In this document: positions 1 to 9,457 of the stretch, piece by piece
How positions within the stretch are numbered: the stretch's first letter is position 1
Layout: each line of letters starts with the position of its first letter
Source of the DNA: a virus
IMG/VR virus record: IMGVR_UViG_3300032311_001250
Span: 1-64,000 of that record
DNA length: 64,000 nt
Direction: 5' to 3' (one strand)
Made by a program: the position numbers and the translations under genes
The notes under the pieces: generated by a model
Databases searched by the model: none
What the model saw: the letters and a program-made list of their open reading frames with translations, nothing else
What the model was told of the DNA's origin: nothing

Positions 1-182
1 GAAGATGTCGTCGGTCATACGTCGGTTTATAATGTCTTGCATCTCTGCTTTTGTGCAAGAGACGACCCGTCTACCGCCTCGGTAGCCATCTGTATATGGT
101 AGCAGATATTTGCCCCACCAGTCTGGCACGACCTGGCGCCCGTCCGTAAAGTCGACCTCGATGGTCGTGTGGATGGAGGGGG

Positions 183-599
183 TCAAATCTCGTCCTCTTC
201 GATTCCGTCCAGCTTGTCCAGCTCCCGGAACGCCTGATCAATGTCAATGTCGTGCTTGCGCTGCTGGGGAACGCTGCGCCGGGCGGCCTTTAGGTCGCTG
301 TAGCAGAACTCGCAGACCGAGTAGCGCTTCTGCCCCTTGGCTCGTGGCACCATAGGTTCCGGGACGGTATTGGAGATCCAGTGATGTGGCCCGGTCATAA
401 TCCCGCAGCAGGCACACTTGGGGTGAGAGCGCTTGATTTTTTGGTATTCCTCTAGGACTGGGGCAATAGTCTTTTGAAGGCGGATGAGGGCCGAGGCAAG
501 CTCCCGGACCTCTCGGCCGCGATCTCGGATCTCAGCGCAAAGCACGCACAGGCCGTGCTCCTCCAGATCCCCGGGTCGATGGTGCTTGTCGTGTTCCAT
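183..599 (-). CDS. Hypothetical Cys-rich (Zn-binding) protein, probably leaderless
   Basis: CxxC pairs (CVLC, CACC, CEFC). The ATG at 599 lies 7 nt downstream of a TATAGT -10 box, so this start is preferred over 656. Confidence 0.6.
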   Translation of the reverse strand: MEHDKHHRPGDLEEHGLCVLCAEIRDRGREVRELASALIRLQKTIAPVLEEYQKIKRSHPKCACCGIMTGPHHWISNTVPEPMVPRAKGQKRYSVCEFCYSDLKAARRSVPQQRKHDIDIDQAFRELDKLDGIEEDEI

Positions 600-818
600 A
601 GTCAATACTATAAAGGCTGACAGCAGGCATCTACTGTGGTACGTGCCGCAGAACATCCATGTATTGTCGTCTAGGCAGCTTGTTTGTTAAAAACTTGGGT
701 AAGGATTTCCGTTGAAATCCCAGCAGTTTGTGTAAACTGCAAAAGCAGATGAGATAATCGTCTCATTGACGAGATCAGTGATTGCAGGCAAGATCTCGCA
801 ATACCACTGGAGGTAACT

Positions 819-2924
819 GTGGATTTCAAGGTGTACACCAATGCCCTGAAGGCATATGAGGCGCCAGACGGCGAGCTTTATGTCACGGGGACGACCTCAT
901 CGACGATCCGAGACCTGCACGGCGACGAGATGACGCTGAACGCTATCCGAACGATGGCCGATACCGCCAAGCAGAATATGACGATCTTCCTTAACCATAA
1001 CTACAATGTGCCGGAAGACCTGTTTGGCTCCGTGACAGATGCTCGCGTCGTCAAGCGCTTTGACGCTGAGACCAGCCAGGAGGTCTATGACCTCGATATT
1101 GATGTCCTCGTCTGCAAAGAGGACGAGAACCCGGAGGCCATGCGCGCCTACAAGGCGATCAAGCGTGGCGTCAAGCTTGGCCTTTCCATCGGTGCTCGTG
1201 TTGACCGAGTTTCCAAGAAGAAGGACAACAAGACCGGTGAAGATACCTACGTTATTGATTCCGTCAAGTTGATGGAAGCGTCTGTCGTTGGCATCCCCGC
1301 CAATCAGCGTTCGTACCTCCAGAACGCCGTCAAGAGCCTGAAGGCTGCCGAGAAGGCTGGCGAGCTTACCCTTGAAGAGAAGGCCGCGACTGACCTCGCA
1401 GAAGGCGACTTTGTGTCGTGGTCATCCAGCGGCGGCACGGCCCGTGGTAGAATTGAGCACGTCATGCGCGAGGGCACGCTTGGCGTTCCCGACTCCGAGT
1501 TTAAGATTGAAGCTACCCCAGAAGATCCGGCTGCGCTTATCAGAATTTGGCGAGATGGTTCTGACGGCTGGGCAGAAACCGACAAGCTGGTTGGCCACAA
1601 GTGCTCCACCCTTCGAAAGATCGACTCACTGAAGGGTATTTTCGAATTTGACACCAAGGCTGTCGAGGTAGAGGGTCAGCCGGCCCCAGAGCGCGCCGTG
1701 CTCGTCAACGCGCTTCAAGATCTCCTTGCCGACACCGTGTCGTTCTACCTCAAGGCGCATGGCGCCCATTGGAACGTCGTTGGCGAAGAGTTTGCGCAGT
1801 ATCACGAGCTGTTCGGAGAGATTTATGAGGACGCTCAAGGGGCTATTGACCCAACTGCCGAACTGCTTCGAAAGCTTAACGCCCCGGCGCTTGGCGATAT
1901 TCGTGAGGTTGCCTCTCGTGCAGAGGGTGAGCCCGTCGCCGACGATAATGACGCAGAGAGCCTTGCCGAGGCGGTGTACTCCGCTAACGAGATGGTTCTT
2001 GATTGCATCGCCCATGCCATTGATGAGGCTACCCGCCTCAACATGCAGGGCATTTTGAACTTCCTGGCGGAGCGCCAGGACATGCATCAAAAGTGGTCAT
2101 GGCAGCTTCGCGCTTCTTTGGCCCCCGAAGAGTCTGAGCCGGAACCGGCTGAGACGCCAGAGGCCCCTGAAGCGGGCGATACTGAAGGAGACACTATCGT
2201 GGATACTGAAAAGGCCACGCGGGTCACCGTCACTGTCACGCAGAGCGATGACAAGGAGAAGGTTAAGCCCGCAGAAGAGAACGAGGCCGTTGAGGCCCAG
2301 AGCGCAGAGGCTCCTGCCGATGTCGCTAAGTCTGATACTGAGCCCGTAGCGGAGCCCGTGGTTGAGGAGCCGGCCGTTGAGCCTGCTGCTGAGCCCGTCG
2401 CTGAGCCCGCTGCTGAGGAGCCTGCTGCCGAGGAGCCCGTCAATGCGGGTCACCAGGCCCTGCAGGACCTTGGGGCTGTCCTTGTTCGCGCCAGCGCTGA
2501 TGAGCGCGCGCGAATCATTTCTAAGGTCGCTGAGCTCGTCTCTGATGGCGAGCCCGAGGCCGTTGTTCCCGAGGTTGCAGAGGAGCCCGCTGTGGCACCT
2601 GTGGAGCCAGAGGTCGAGGCACCCGTTGAGGCCCCAGCCCCTGAGGCTGCGGCAGTTGACGAGGTGACTGCTATCGCCAAGTCTGCGCTGGATGCAGCCT
2701 TTGCCGCTCAGCAGGAGGTCGCAGCCGTTAAGGCTCAGCTGACCGAACTGCTTAGCCAGAAGGCCACGGTCGAGGCTGATCTTGCAAAGGCACTTGATGT
2801 CGTCGGGCGACTGATGGATCTCCCATCGGGTCGCAAGTCGTATTCAGTTCCTACAAACAATTCCGGGACGAAGGCCCCTTGGCTTTCGCCCGTCATCCAG
2901 CGCATGCTGGACAGCGAGGAGTAA
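819..2924 (+). CDS. HK97-type prohead protease fused to a Tudor-like domain, a Dps/ferritin-like domain and an acidic scaffold
   Basis: Protease motifs RDLHGD, FLNHN, GLSIG, LMEASVVGIPAN. Tudor-like segment GDFVSWSSSGGTARGRI. Dps motif HWNVVG...YHELF...IDPTAE. Pro/Glu-rich linker and C-terminal coiled coil. Lies directly upstream of the capsid gene, with a GGAGG RBS. Confidence 0.9.
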   Translation: MDFKVYTNALKAYEAPDGELYVTGTTSSTIRDLHGDEMTLNAIRTMADTAKQNMTIFLNHNYNVPEDLFGSVTDARVVKRFDAETSQEVYDLDIDVLVCKEDENPEAMRAYKAIKRGVKLGLSIGARVDRVSKKKDNKTGEDTYVIDSVKLMEASVVGIPANQRSYLQNAVKSLKAAEKAGELTLEEKAATDLAEGDFVSWSSSGGTARGRIEHVMREGTLGVPDSEFKIEATPEDPAALIRIWRDGSDGWAETDKLVGHKCSTLRKIDSLKGIFEFDTKAVEVEGQPAPERAVLVNALQDLLADTVSFYLKAHGAHWNVVGEEFAQYHELFGEIYEDAQGAIDPTAELLRKLNAPALGDIREVASRAEGEPVADDNDAESLAEAVYSANEMVLDCIAHAIDEATRLNMQGILNFLAERQDMHQKWSWQLRASLAPEESEPEPAETPEAPEAGDTEGDTIVDTEKATRVTVTVTQSDDKEKVKPAEENEAVEAQSAEAPADVAKSDTEPVAEPVVEEPAVEPAAEPVAEPAAEEPAAEEPVNAGHQALQDLGAVLVRASADERARIISKVAELVSDGEPEAVVPEVAEEPAVAPVEPEVEAPVEAPAPEAAAVDEVTAIAKSALDAAFAAQQEVAAVKAQLTELLSQKATVEADLAKALDVVGRLMDLPSGRKSYSVPTNNSGTKAPWLSPVIQRMLDSEE

Positions 2925-2928
2925 AATC

Positions 2929-4158
2929 ATGAGCGAACTCAACGAGAAGTTGCAGGAAGTTGCAAAGGGTCTTGAAACCCTTGGCAATGCTCCGCACCTT
3001 GTCGGCCGTGTTGCCGACGAGTCCATTGATGTCGCCGAGGCCTATGCTACTCAGCGCGAGCTTCGCAAGAAGTTCTCGAAGATGAGCCGCATGGAACTTG
3101 GCGAGGCGCTCGACATCCAGGCCACCCGCGAAGCGGGCAAGCAGGCTTCGTCCGATGTTCTTAACCGCCTTGCGGTTGCGAACCCGAACATTGCCAAGCT
3201 GCTCGATGCCAGCGGCGGCGCGGCGCTTATCCGCCAGGATCTCGAGCCAATCCTTTACGCGATCTTTGTTAAGAAGTTCCCGTTCTTTGAGCGCCTTCGC
3301 AAGGAGCCGGCAAACGGCCTTGTGCATGCGTTCAATCAGCAGACTGCTTACGGCGACGCAGTGTTCCAGACTGAGACCGGCACGGTCACGGACGACGTGA
3401 ACACCTACGCCCGCCAGACGACCAACGTGGCCGTTTTGGCAACCCGCCGTGGTATCACCCTGAAGTCGCAGTTTGCGATTACCCAGGGCGGCGCCCCGGG
3501 GCAGCAGGGCCTTTCGACCGAGCTTGAGGGTGGCGTCACTGCCATCGCCCACAAGCTTCAGAAGACCCTCTTCCAGGGTAACGCCAACACCACTTCCGGT
3601 GCAGGCGCGACCACCGAGCTCGGTGCCTATGATGCGAACGGCTTTGACGGCCTCCGCAAGCTCCTCGGAGCTGCGGCCGGTACTGCCCAGATCGCAAACA
3701 AGGGTACCGCTGCTTACCTGAGCGTCATCAACAACAACGTTGCTGACATCCTCAGCGCTGGTGGTAACCCATCGGCAATCCTTGTGAACCCAGCCGACTA
3801 CGCCGGCTTGGTCAACGAGGTCACGAACCTTGTTCGCTACAACGGCTCAAGCCGCGCGAGCGAGCAGATGGGCCTTGGTCTTGGTTCCGTTGTCACGGCT
3901 GCCGGCGAGCTTCCGCTCCTGGCTGTTCCTGGCGACGCAATCGGGACGTACACCTATAGCTCGACGGCTTACCGCGACATGTATGTCGTGGACGAGTCGG
4001 TCTGGTCGATGCCGTACCTTGGTTCGGACTCGATCACGACGCTCGAGATTCCAGTTGGTGTGAACGGCGCTCTTTCGCGCCTCTACATCATGTACTGCAT
4101 GTACGGTCTTGCCAACAAGACCCCGCAGTTCAACGGGAAGATCCGCGTTTCGATCTAA
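2929..4158 (+). CDS. Major capsid protein (HK97 fold)
   Basis: Follows the protease/scaffold; 409 aa; ALIRQDL, TLFQGN and FDGLRKL motifs typical of capsid proteins; followed by a terminator. Confidence 0.88.
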   Translation: MSELNEKLQEVAKGLETLGNAPHLVGRVADESIDVAEAYATQRELRKKFSKMSRMELGEALDIQATREAGKQASSDVLNRLAVANPNIAKLLDASGGAALIRQDLEPILYAIFVKKFPFFERLRKEPANGLVHAFNQQTAYGDAVFQTETGTVTDDVNTYARQTTNVAVLATRRGITLKSQFAITQGGAPGQQGLSTELEGGVTAIAHKLQKTLFQGNANTTSGAGATTELGAYDANGFDGLRKLLGAAAGTAQIANKGTAAYLSVINNNVADILSAGGNPSAILVNPADYAGLVNEVTNLVRYNGSSRASEQMGLGLGSVVTAAGELPLLAVPGDAIGTYTYSSTAYRDMYVVDESVWSMPYLGSDSITTLEIPVGVNGALSRLYIMYCMYGLANKTPQFNGKIRVSI

Positions 4159-4183
4159 GAGACGCAGGTCTCTGAAATGCCTG

Positions 4184-4217
4184 GGGGGCGGGGTGAGTGA
4201 CCCCGCCCCCTTTGCTT
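4184..4217 (+). terminator. Intrinsic terminator after the capsid gene
   Basis: GGGGGCGGGGT-gagtg-ACCCCGCCCCC stem followed by TTTGCTTT. Confidence 0.75.
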
Positions 4218-4227
4218 TGAGGTATCT

Positions 4228-4458
4228 ATGGCAAAAAGACGGAAAAACAGAAAAATCCCGTACCACGAAATTATGGCCAAGAAAGCAATTGCTCATGCTA
4301 TTGCACGGAACCCCGAATACCTGGTAGAAATTACCTGGGACGGCGGAAAAACAATTATGCTTTCAGACGACTTGGTAGTCCGATTCGTCAATGGAAAGGC
4401 CAAAATCCCGCTTCGCCTCCTTCCAGAGGTCGAGCAACACGGATGCAAACGCATCTGA
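4228..4458 (+). CDS. Hypothetical protein (head region)
   Basis: GAGG RBS; collinear with the structural operon. Confidence 0.6.
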   Translation: MAKRRKNRKIPYHEIMAKKAIAHAIARNPEYLVEITWDGGKTIMLSDDLVVRFVNGKAKIPLRLLPEVEQHGCKRI

Positions 4459-4475
4459 GATAAGGAGACATTCTC

Positions 4476-4787
4476 ATGGTCGACATTAACGATATCCTGG
4501 GGATCAAGGACGCTAAGCCGGAGCCGGTTGTTGAGATCGAGCCGGTTGTTGCCCCTGAGCCGGTTGTTACACCAGCCGCCCCAGCTAAGGCTGTTGAACC
4601 GGTCAAGGTCGCTGCAGAGGCGGACGAGTTCGAAGTCGCTCCTGGCGTGTGGCAGATCAACGTTCCGGTTACGCAGTCGTTCACCCTTCCTGACGGCACT
4701 TGGGTTCGCCCAACACAGCTGGATGGCGCCACAAAGGCCGCTGTCCCCGCCAAGTGGGTTGACTGGGTCCGCGCACTCAAGGGTTAA
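4476..4787 (+). CDS. Hypothetical virion-associated protein
   Basis: AGGAG RBS; Pro/Val/Glu linker; collinear with the operon. Confidence 0.65.
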   Translation: MVDINDILGIKDAKPEPVVEIEPVVAPEPVVTPAAPAKAVEPVKVAAEADEFEVAPGVWQINVPVTQSFTLPDGTWVRPTQLDGATKAAVPAKWVDWVRALKG

Positions 4788-4827
4788 TCATTTACCGGCA
4801 CTGCCGGGAATAGCAAAGGGCAGATAA

Positions 4828-5760
4828 ATGGCCAGCCTCGTGACTCTTTCTGTACCGGGAATCATCTCCGATATTGCTACGTACAACCGTATCCAGGTTG
4901 GCCGTGCTGATACTGAGGATGACGCCACGGCAAAGTCTGGAACGTGGGAGCTGCTCGGATACGTCCCCCTCGTGGCCAACGTCTCTTCGTACACATATAC
5001 TGACGAAGGGGGGGACGCAACTCACTTTTATGCATACCGCCTGAACCACTCTGGAACAAGCGCCACAGGGTCGTGGAGCAGCAATGCTGTCGGCCGCGTG
5101 GAAGGGTATTTGACTGTTGCAGAGTTCCGAGAGTACGAGATCGGTGACCTCGGCTTGCCGGATGGCACAGAGGTAAGCAATCAAAAGATTCGGGCAATGG
5201 TCAAAATGGCCAGCTCCATGGTCGATTCATACGTCGGATATTCTTTCGACCACAGGCGTTCCGTAGAGCGCCATAAGTGGGACCAGCATACCCGACGCAT
5301 CTATCCGCGCCATAAGAACATTGAGTCGGTTGAGGCGGTTAGAATCTATGTGAGCGCCCAGCAATCTGCTGCGTTTACCGTCAATGATATTTTCATCAAT
5401 GACGACCGTGGCTATGTTGAGATCACCAGCCTGGCCAACGTTACCTACTCGCTCTTCCCGGCCATTGTCGCCCTCGGCATGATCGAGCCGGTGGCAGAGA
5501 TCACCTACACGCACGGCAAGACAAACGTCCCCCAGGACATCAAAGACGCAACGGCGCTTATCGCCGTTGACCTTCTTGCAAAGGACAATGTCGCCAAGCA
5601 GGGCCTGCAGGGCATTAGCCGCCTGCGCGTTGGCGAGATGGAGATCTACGCCGACCAATCCGGAGCTGGTGGCTCAAGGAATCGACGAGATCCGCTGGCC
5701 TCAATCCCGCTTGCCGCTACGCTTATGCTTGATGCCTACATTAGGACATCTATCCGATGA
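4828..5760 (+). CDS. Head-tail adaptor with an N-terminal FN3/Ig-like domain
   Basis: YLTVAEFREY...ASSMVDSYVG and ITYTHG...VPQDIKDATAL adaptor motifs; N-terminal SYTYTD...FYAYR...GSWS FN3-like pattern. Confidence 0.75.
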   Translation: MASLVTLSVPGIISDIATYNRIQVGRADTEDDATAKSGTWELLGYVPLVANVSSYTYTDEGGDATHFYAYRLNHSGTSATGSWSSNAVGRVEGYLTVAEFREYEIGDLGLPDGTEVSNQKIRAMVKMASSMVDSYVGYSFDHRRSVERHKWDQHTRRIYPRHKNIESVEAVRIYVSAQQSAAFTVNDIFINDDRGYVEITSLANVTYSLFPAIVALGMIEPVAEITYTHGKTNVPQDIKDATALIAVDLLAKDNVAKQGLQGISRLRVGEMEIYADQSGAGGSRNRRDPLASIPLAATLMLDAYIRTSIR

Positions 5761-6086
5761 GTCTTCCTGGCTTTATCAGCACAATCACGCTCAAGCGCCA
5801 AGGGTCACTGACCCAGGACGCTATCGGAGCTCCGGTCATCGTGGAATCGGAAATTTGGACCAAGCGTGGACACTATCAGCAAGTATATGGTAACGATCAG
5901 CCGAACCAGACTGGACGAAGCTCAAAGAGCATGTTCAAGTTCTGGTTGCCGTATCTCGACGACGCCGACCGACCGGCAATCAACGATACGCTGGTTACCG
6001 GCGGCAAAGAATTTACCGTTGCATCGATCAACGAGGAGTCCCTCAAGCACCACCTTTTGGTGGAGGCTTGGATTGTCGAGCGGTAA
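5757..6086 (+). CDS. Head closure/stopper protein
   Basis: 109 aa, beta-rich; QDAIGAP motif; ATGA overlap with the adaptor; synteny. Confidence 0.65.
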   Translation: MSLPGFISTITLKRQGSLTQDAIGAPVIVESEIWTKRGHYQQVYGNDQPNQTGRSSKSMFKFWLPYLDDADRPAINDTLVTGGKEFTVASINEESLKHHLLVEAWIVER

Positions 6087-6797
6087 ATGGCTCGCGGCTC
6101 TGTAAGTTTCAATATCTCCGTTGCCCAGCAGCAGCTCAAGGCTGTGGAAAATACCCTTAAGCAGGCACAACAGCAGATCGACCCAACGTTTGTTCAGGCC
6201 GCAACGCAGCTTGTTCAGTCTGAAGTGTATGGGGGACCACAGAGCCTTGCGGGCCTAGCCTCGCAGGCGGCCCCAGTAGACACCGGAGCGCTGGCCCATG
6301 GTCTTGAGGGGCCATACAACAGCGAGGCATTCCCCAAGCGACGACGATCTCAGAGCGTTTTTTCTGTTACCCCGGCCGGTAAGGGGAAGGTTGCCGCGAT
6401 CATGGTCAATTACGGTACAGACCCGCAGCAGGGGAGCTCGAATGGCGGCGAACATCCATACGTTGGATACGTAAAGCAGGACTTTCTCGGAGCGGCAATG
6501 CGCTCATTCCGCTCTCGTCTCAACGTAATTGGCAATGCGCTCTCCCAGGCAATCGCCTACGAAGTCACGCAGTCCCTCCGCTCTGCTGCGCAAGGAGCAG
6601 CAAGCTATGCTGCCGGGAAGTTGAAGCTCAGCCCCAAGGCCATCGCCGCACTAGCCGCAAAATTTGGTGCGGCACCTGTGGGCACAGCAAGCGGTCGTGG
6701 CTTTAAGTCGCGTAAGCTTGCATCGCTAAGCCAAGCGCATTACAAGAAAATCATGCGCCAGCGTCGGTACAAGCTTCGCAAAGCCGGACTAGCCTAA
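6087..6797 (+). CDS. HK97 gp10-like neck/tail component with a basic C-terminus
   Basis: APVDTGAL motif; position in the neck region. Confidence 0.65.
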   Translation: MARGSVSFNISVAQQQLKAVENTLKQAQQQIDPTFVQAATQLVQSEVYGGPQSLAGLASQAAPVDTGALAHGLEGPYNSEAFPKRRRSQSVFSVTPAGKGKVAAIMVNYGTDPQQGSSNGGEHPYVGYVKQDFLGAAMRSFRSRLNVIGNALSQAIAYEVTQSLRSAAQGAASYAAGKLKLSPKAIAALAAKFGAAPVGTASGRGFKSRKLASLSQAHYKKIMRQRRYKLRKAGLA

Positions 6798-8066
6798 ACG
6801 GATCAGGTACTCCGCTGTTACGCCGCTCTCATGCTGAAACAACAACCACTGGCACGGTTCACCAGCAGAAGCAAGCTGCTCCTGAGCGTACGTGTTTGAA
6901 CTTTCCGTAGATCCCCCGCTCCAGTGCGTAATGCCGTTCAGATACATCCGCGTTGGGGTGTGGAAGTGACCGGCAGCGCTGTAATCAAACCGCGCAACGG
7001 TCATATTCCATCCCTGCAGCTTCTTGCCGAACCCATACCAGGGGAAACCGGCAAAGCCGCCGGACACCTGATCGCCATGGAACAAGAACCACGTCTTACC
7101 CTTAACGACATCGGTTGCAAACCACGCACGTTCGCCGGCAGAGATAGTCTCTACCCACTCAACGTTCTTCTGCTCCTTCAACGCCATCGAGGCAATGCGG
7201 TACATCATGGCGTCGGCGTTGGATTCCGGGTGGAACGTGCCGCGACGACCAAGGCGGCCATGATTGCCAATGACGCCAACGACCCGCACCTTCTCGAAGA
7301 CGGATGCCAGGCGGCGAACAAGGTTAGCAAGGATCTCGCCACCATGGAAAATCTGATTGTACAGCGAGGCATCAATGAGGTGCGCCTGACCAGGGAAAAT
7401 GTCTTCCCCTTCAACCAGGTCGCCCAGCAGATACACGCGGAGCTCCTTGACCGGATGCGCCGCACGCTGGATTTCAACGAGGCGCTCTACCTTATCGGAA
7501 AGTGACTTGATGCGCTCTGCGGCGACATCGGAATTGTACGTCGGCGTAATCTTTCCGAGCTGCCAATCCGAAAGCAGCAGAATGGCCGTCTCATCGTCGG
7601 CCTTGCGCTTGTCTGCCTTTGCTGGAGCAACCGGTGCAATGTTCATTGCTGCCGAAGCCTCTCGCGCTGCCTGATAGACAGCCTCGACAAGCTCGTTTCG
7701 GTCTCGCTCCTTATCTTCCAGTTTCTTGAGTGCCTTGCGGTGGGCGGACTTGAGCCGCTCAATCTCACCGATTGCCTCGTATGAGGCAACTTCTTTTTCG
7801 GCAACTTCCTTCACGACTTCCACCTTTCCGCGAACAGACGCAATGGCCTCTCGCAATGTTCCTGGGATAATCTCCGGAGAACGGCCGTTGAAGGCCCTTC
7901 GGTCGATAAACGACTTTTCTCCCCGGAGTAGCTTGTTCCTCATAATGTTATACCCATTGATCGAACGATCTGGGTATGCCTTGCTGAACTCGCTGTACTC
8001 CATGTTCAGAGCGTCCTGCTTTTCCGCAGCGGACCACGGCCGCAGGTACTGATACTGTCCTGGCAT
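6789..8066 (-). CDS. Calcineurin-like metallophosphoesterase with an N-terminal coiled coil
   Basis: SDWQLG, GDLVEG, GNHG, FHGD and GHFH motifs; GGAGG RBS. Confidence 0.85.
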   Translation of the reverse strand: MPGQYQYLRPWSAAEKQDALNMEYSEFSKAYPDRSINGYNIMRNKLLRGEKSFIDRRAFNGRSPEIIPGTLREAIASVRGKVEVVKEVAEKEVASYEAIGEIERLKSAHRKALKKLEDKERDRNELVEAVYQAAREASAAMNIAPVAPAKADKRKADDETAILLLSDWQLGKITPTYNSDVAAERIKSLSDKVERLVEIQRAAHPVKELRVYLLGDLVEGEDIFPGQAHLIDASLYNQIFHGGEILANLVRRLASVFEKVRVVGVIGNHGRLGRRGTFHPESNADAMMYRIASMALKEQKNVEWVETISAGERAWFATDVVKGKTWFLFHGDQVSGGFAGFPWYGFGKKLQGWNMTVARFDYSAAGHFHTPTRMYLNGITHWSGGSTESSNTYAQEQLASAGEPCQWLLFQHESGVTAEYLIRLG

Positions 8067-8089
8067 TTAACCTCCGGGGAGACTAATCC

Positions 8090-8230
8090 CTACTTCTTGC
8101 CTGAAGCAGGCTTCTTGGCTGCCGCCTTTGCGGCAGGCTTTGCGGCTGGCTTGGCAGCCTTCTTAGGAGCAGCCTTCTGCGCCTTTAACGGCTTTGCCGT
8201 CTTTTTCGAGAACAGATCCTTCAAACCCAT
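8090..8230 (-). CDS. 46-aa Lys/Ala/Pro-rich histone-H1-like peptide (not in the ORF track)
   Basis: Translates as MGLKDLFSKKTAKPLKAQKAAPKKAAKPAAKPAAKAAAKKPASGKK*; AGAAGGAG RBS; upstream extended -10 box. Confidence 0.75.
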   Translation of the reverse strand: MGLKDLFSKKTAKPLKAQKAAPKKAAKPAAKPAAKAAAKKPASGKK

Positions 8231-8265
8231 GTTACAACTCCTTCTGGCCATTTTCGGCCAGAGGG

Positions 8266-8274
8266 ACTATATCA
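8266..8274 (-). promoter_or_regulatory. Extended -10 promoter (TGATATAGT) for the antisense two-gene insert
   Basis: The same TGnTATAGT motif recurs at about 48842 and 52570 on the - strand. Confidence 0.6.
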
Positions 8275-8361
8275 CACTTTGAACCACATATCCACAACAT
8301 CGTGTAGTCGCAGAAGAATTTATGGTAGATGATGGACATGTCAAGAAGTACAATCTTGGGC

Positions 8362-8760
8362 ATGTATGGCATCTACGAAGCCTTTTTCTCCGCGTTGAGC
8401 TCCGATACCCAGCTTCAGACGCTGCTGGGCGGTACTGCCACGGATAAAAAGGTCTACCCCGTTTACCACCCCGGAAAGTCCAGTTTGCCCTCCATCCGCG
8501 TGGCCATTTATGGCGGCGGAAGCGATGTGGCCCTGGGCGTTGACCGCCCCATTGTGGACGTGCTGATCGTGAGTAAAAACGGGGCCGCAGAGATGAATAC
8601 TATTGGCAACCGCGTGGATGTGGTGCTTAATAGGAAACGCCTCTCGGGGCCGAACGGGACAGTCTTGCATTTGTCGCATAAGGTGACAGAGCAGGACATC
8701 TACGACGACACGAGTCTGGAATACCGGCGAGTGATCCGGTATAGCGTCATCAAGACATAG
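8362..8760 (+). CDS. Tail completion/terminator protein
   Basis: Lies just before the tail tube; LQTLLG...KVYP motif; TACAAT 7 nt before the ATG at 8362 (leaderless). Confidence 0.7.
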   Translation: MYGIYEAFFSALSSDTQLQTLLGGTATDKKVYPVYHPGKSSLPSIRVAIYGGGSDVALGVDRPIVDVLIVSKNGAAEMNTIGNRVDVVLNRKRLSGPNGTVLHLSHKVTEQDIYDDTSLEYRRVIRYSVIKT

Positions 8761-8771
8761 GAGAAAACACA

Positions 8772-9434
8772 ATGCTTACACTTGGATCCGGTGTAGTCAA
8801 GGTGGCGTTCTGGAAGTCCGGAGCCGTCATCAACGCTGCTGCACCTTACTTTACTACTACCTCCGGATACGGCAACACGGGCGAGCTCGTGACTGTCGGT
8901 GAGATCGGTGGCGATGTCGAGTTCGACATCAACTTCCAGGAGCGAGAGTTCTACGGCCAGTCGAACTTCCCGATTGCTAAGGCGTTCTTCGGCGGCAAGG
9001 CCGATATTCGCGCTCGTGGCGTCGAGATTAACTGGGACAACGTCAAGAACCTCTTCCACGTTTCGCTCGGCGAGGGCACGAACCTCGACTCGACCGCGTA
9101 TGGCTACGCCCATGACGACTTCACCGGTGGTTCCTACTCGGTGAACTTCGATCCAGACGGCGGCCGCCCGAACAGCACCATCAGCAACGTGACGGCTCTC
9201 ATGGGCCTTCCACGCCCGCTGTATGTCAAGTTCGAGCACATCCGCTCGGATGACCCGTCAAAGTCGGTGATCATTCACCTTCCAAAGGCGTATAGCATGC
9301 AGCTCATGATGCCGTTCACCCGTGAAGACATCGCCCGTCAGGACCTTGACTTCTCGGCCGTTGTGGACCGCAATTGCAAGGTTACATCTGGCTCGTCGAG
9401 CACGACCCCTTCGGTCGTCCTCATCGAGGCCTAA
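8772..9434 (+). CDS. Major tail tube protein 1
   Basis: Synteny; AGGAG RBS; paralog of the next gene. Confidence 0.75.
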   Translation: MLTLGSGVVKVAFWKSGAVINAAAPYFTTTSGYGNTGELVTVGEIGGDVEFDINFQEREFYGQSNFPIAKAFFGGKADIRARGVEINWDNVKNLFHVSLGEGTNLDSTAYGYAHDDFTGGSYSVNFDPDGGRPNSTISNVTALMGLPRPLYVKFEHIRSDDPSKSVIIHLPKAYSMQLMMPFTREDIARQDLDFSAVVDRNCKVTSGSSSTTPSVVLIEA

Positions 9435-9457
9435 TAGCAGATTAGGGGGTCACGAAC

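Noticed and set aside
8097-8282. 61-aa + strand Ala/Phe-rich ORF
   Set aside because: It is the antisense of the H1-like peptide, which has the RBS and promoter.
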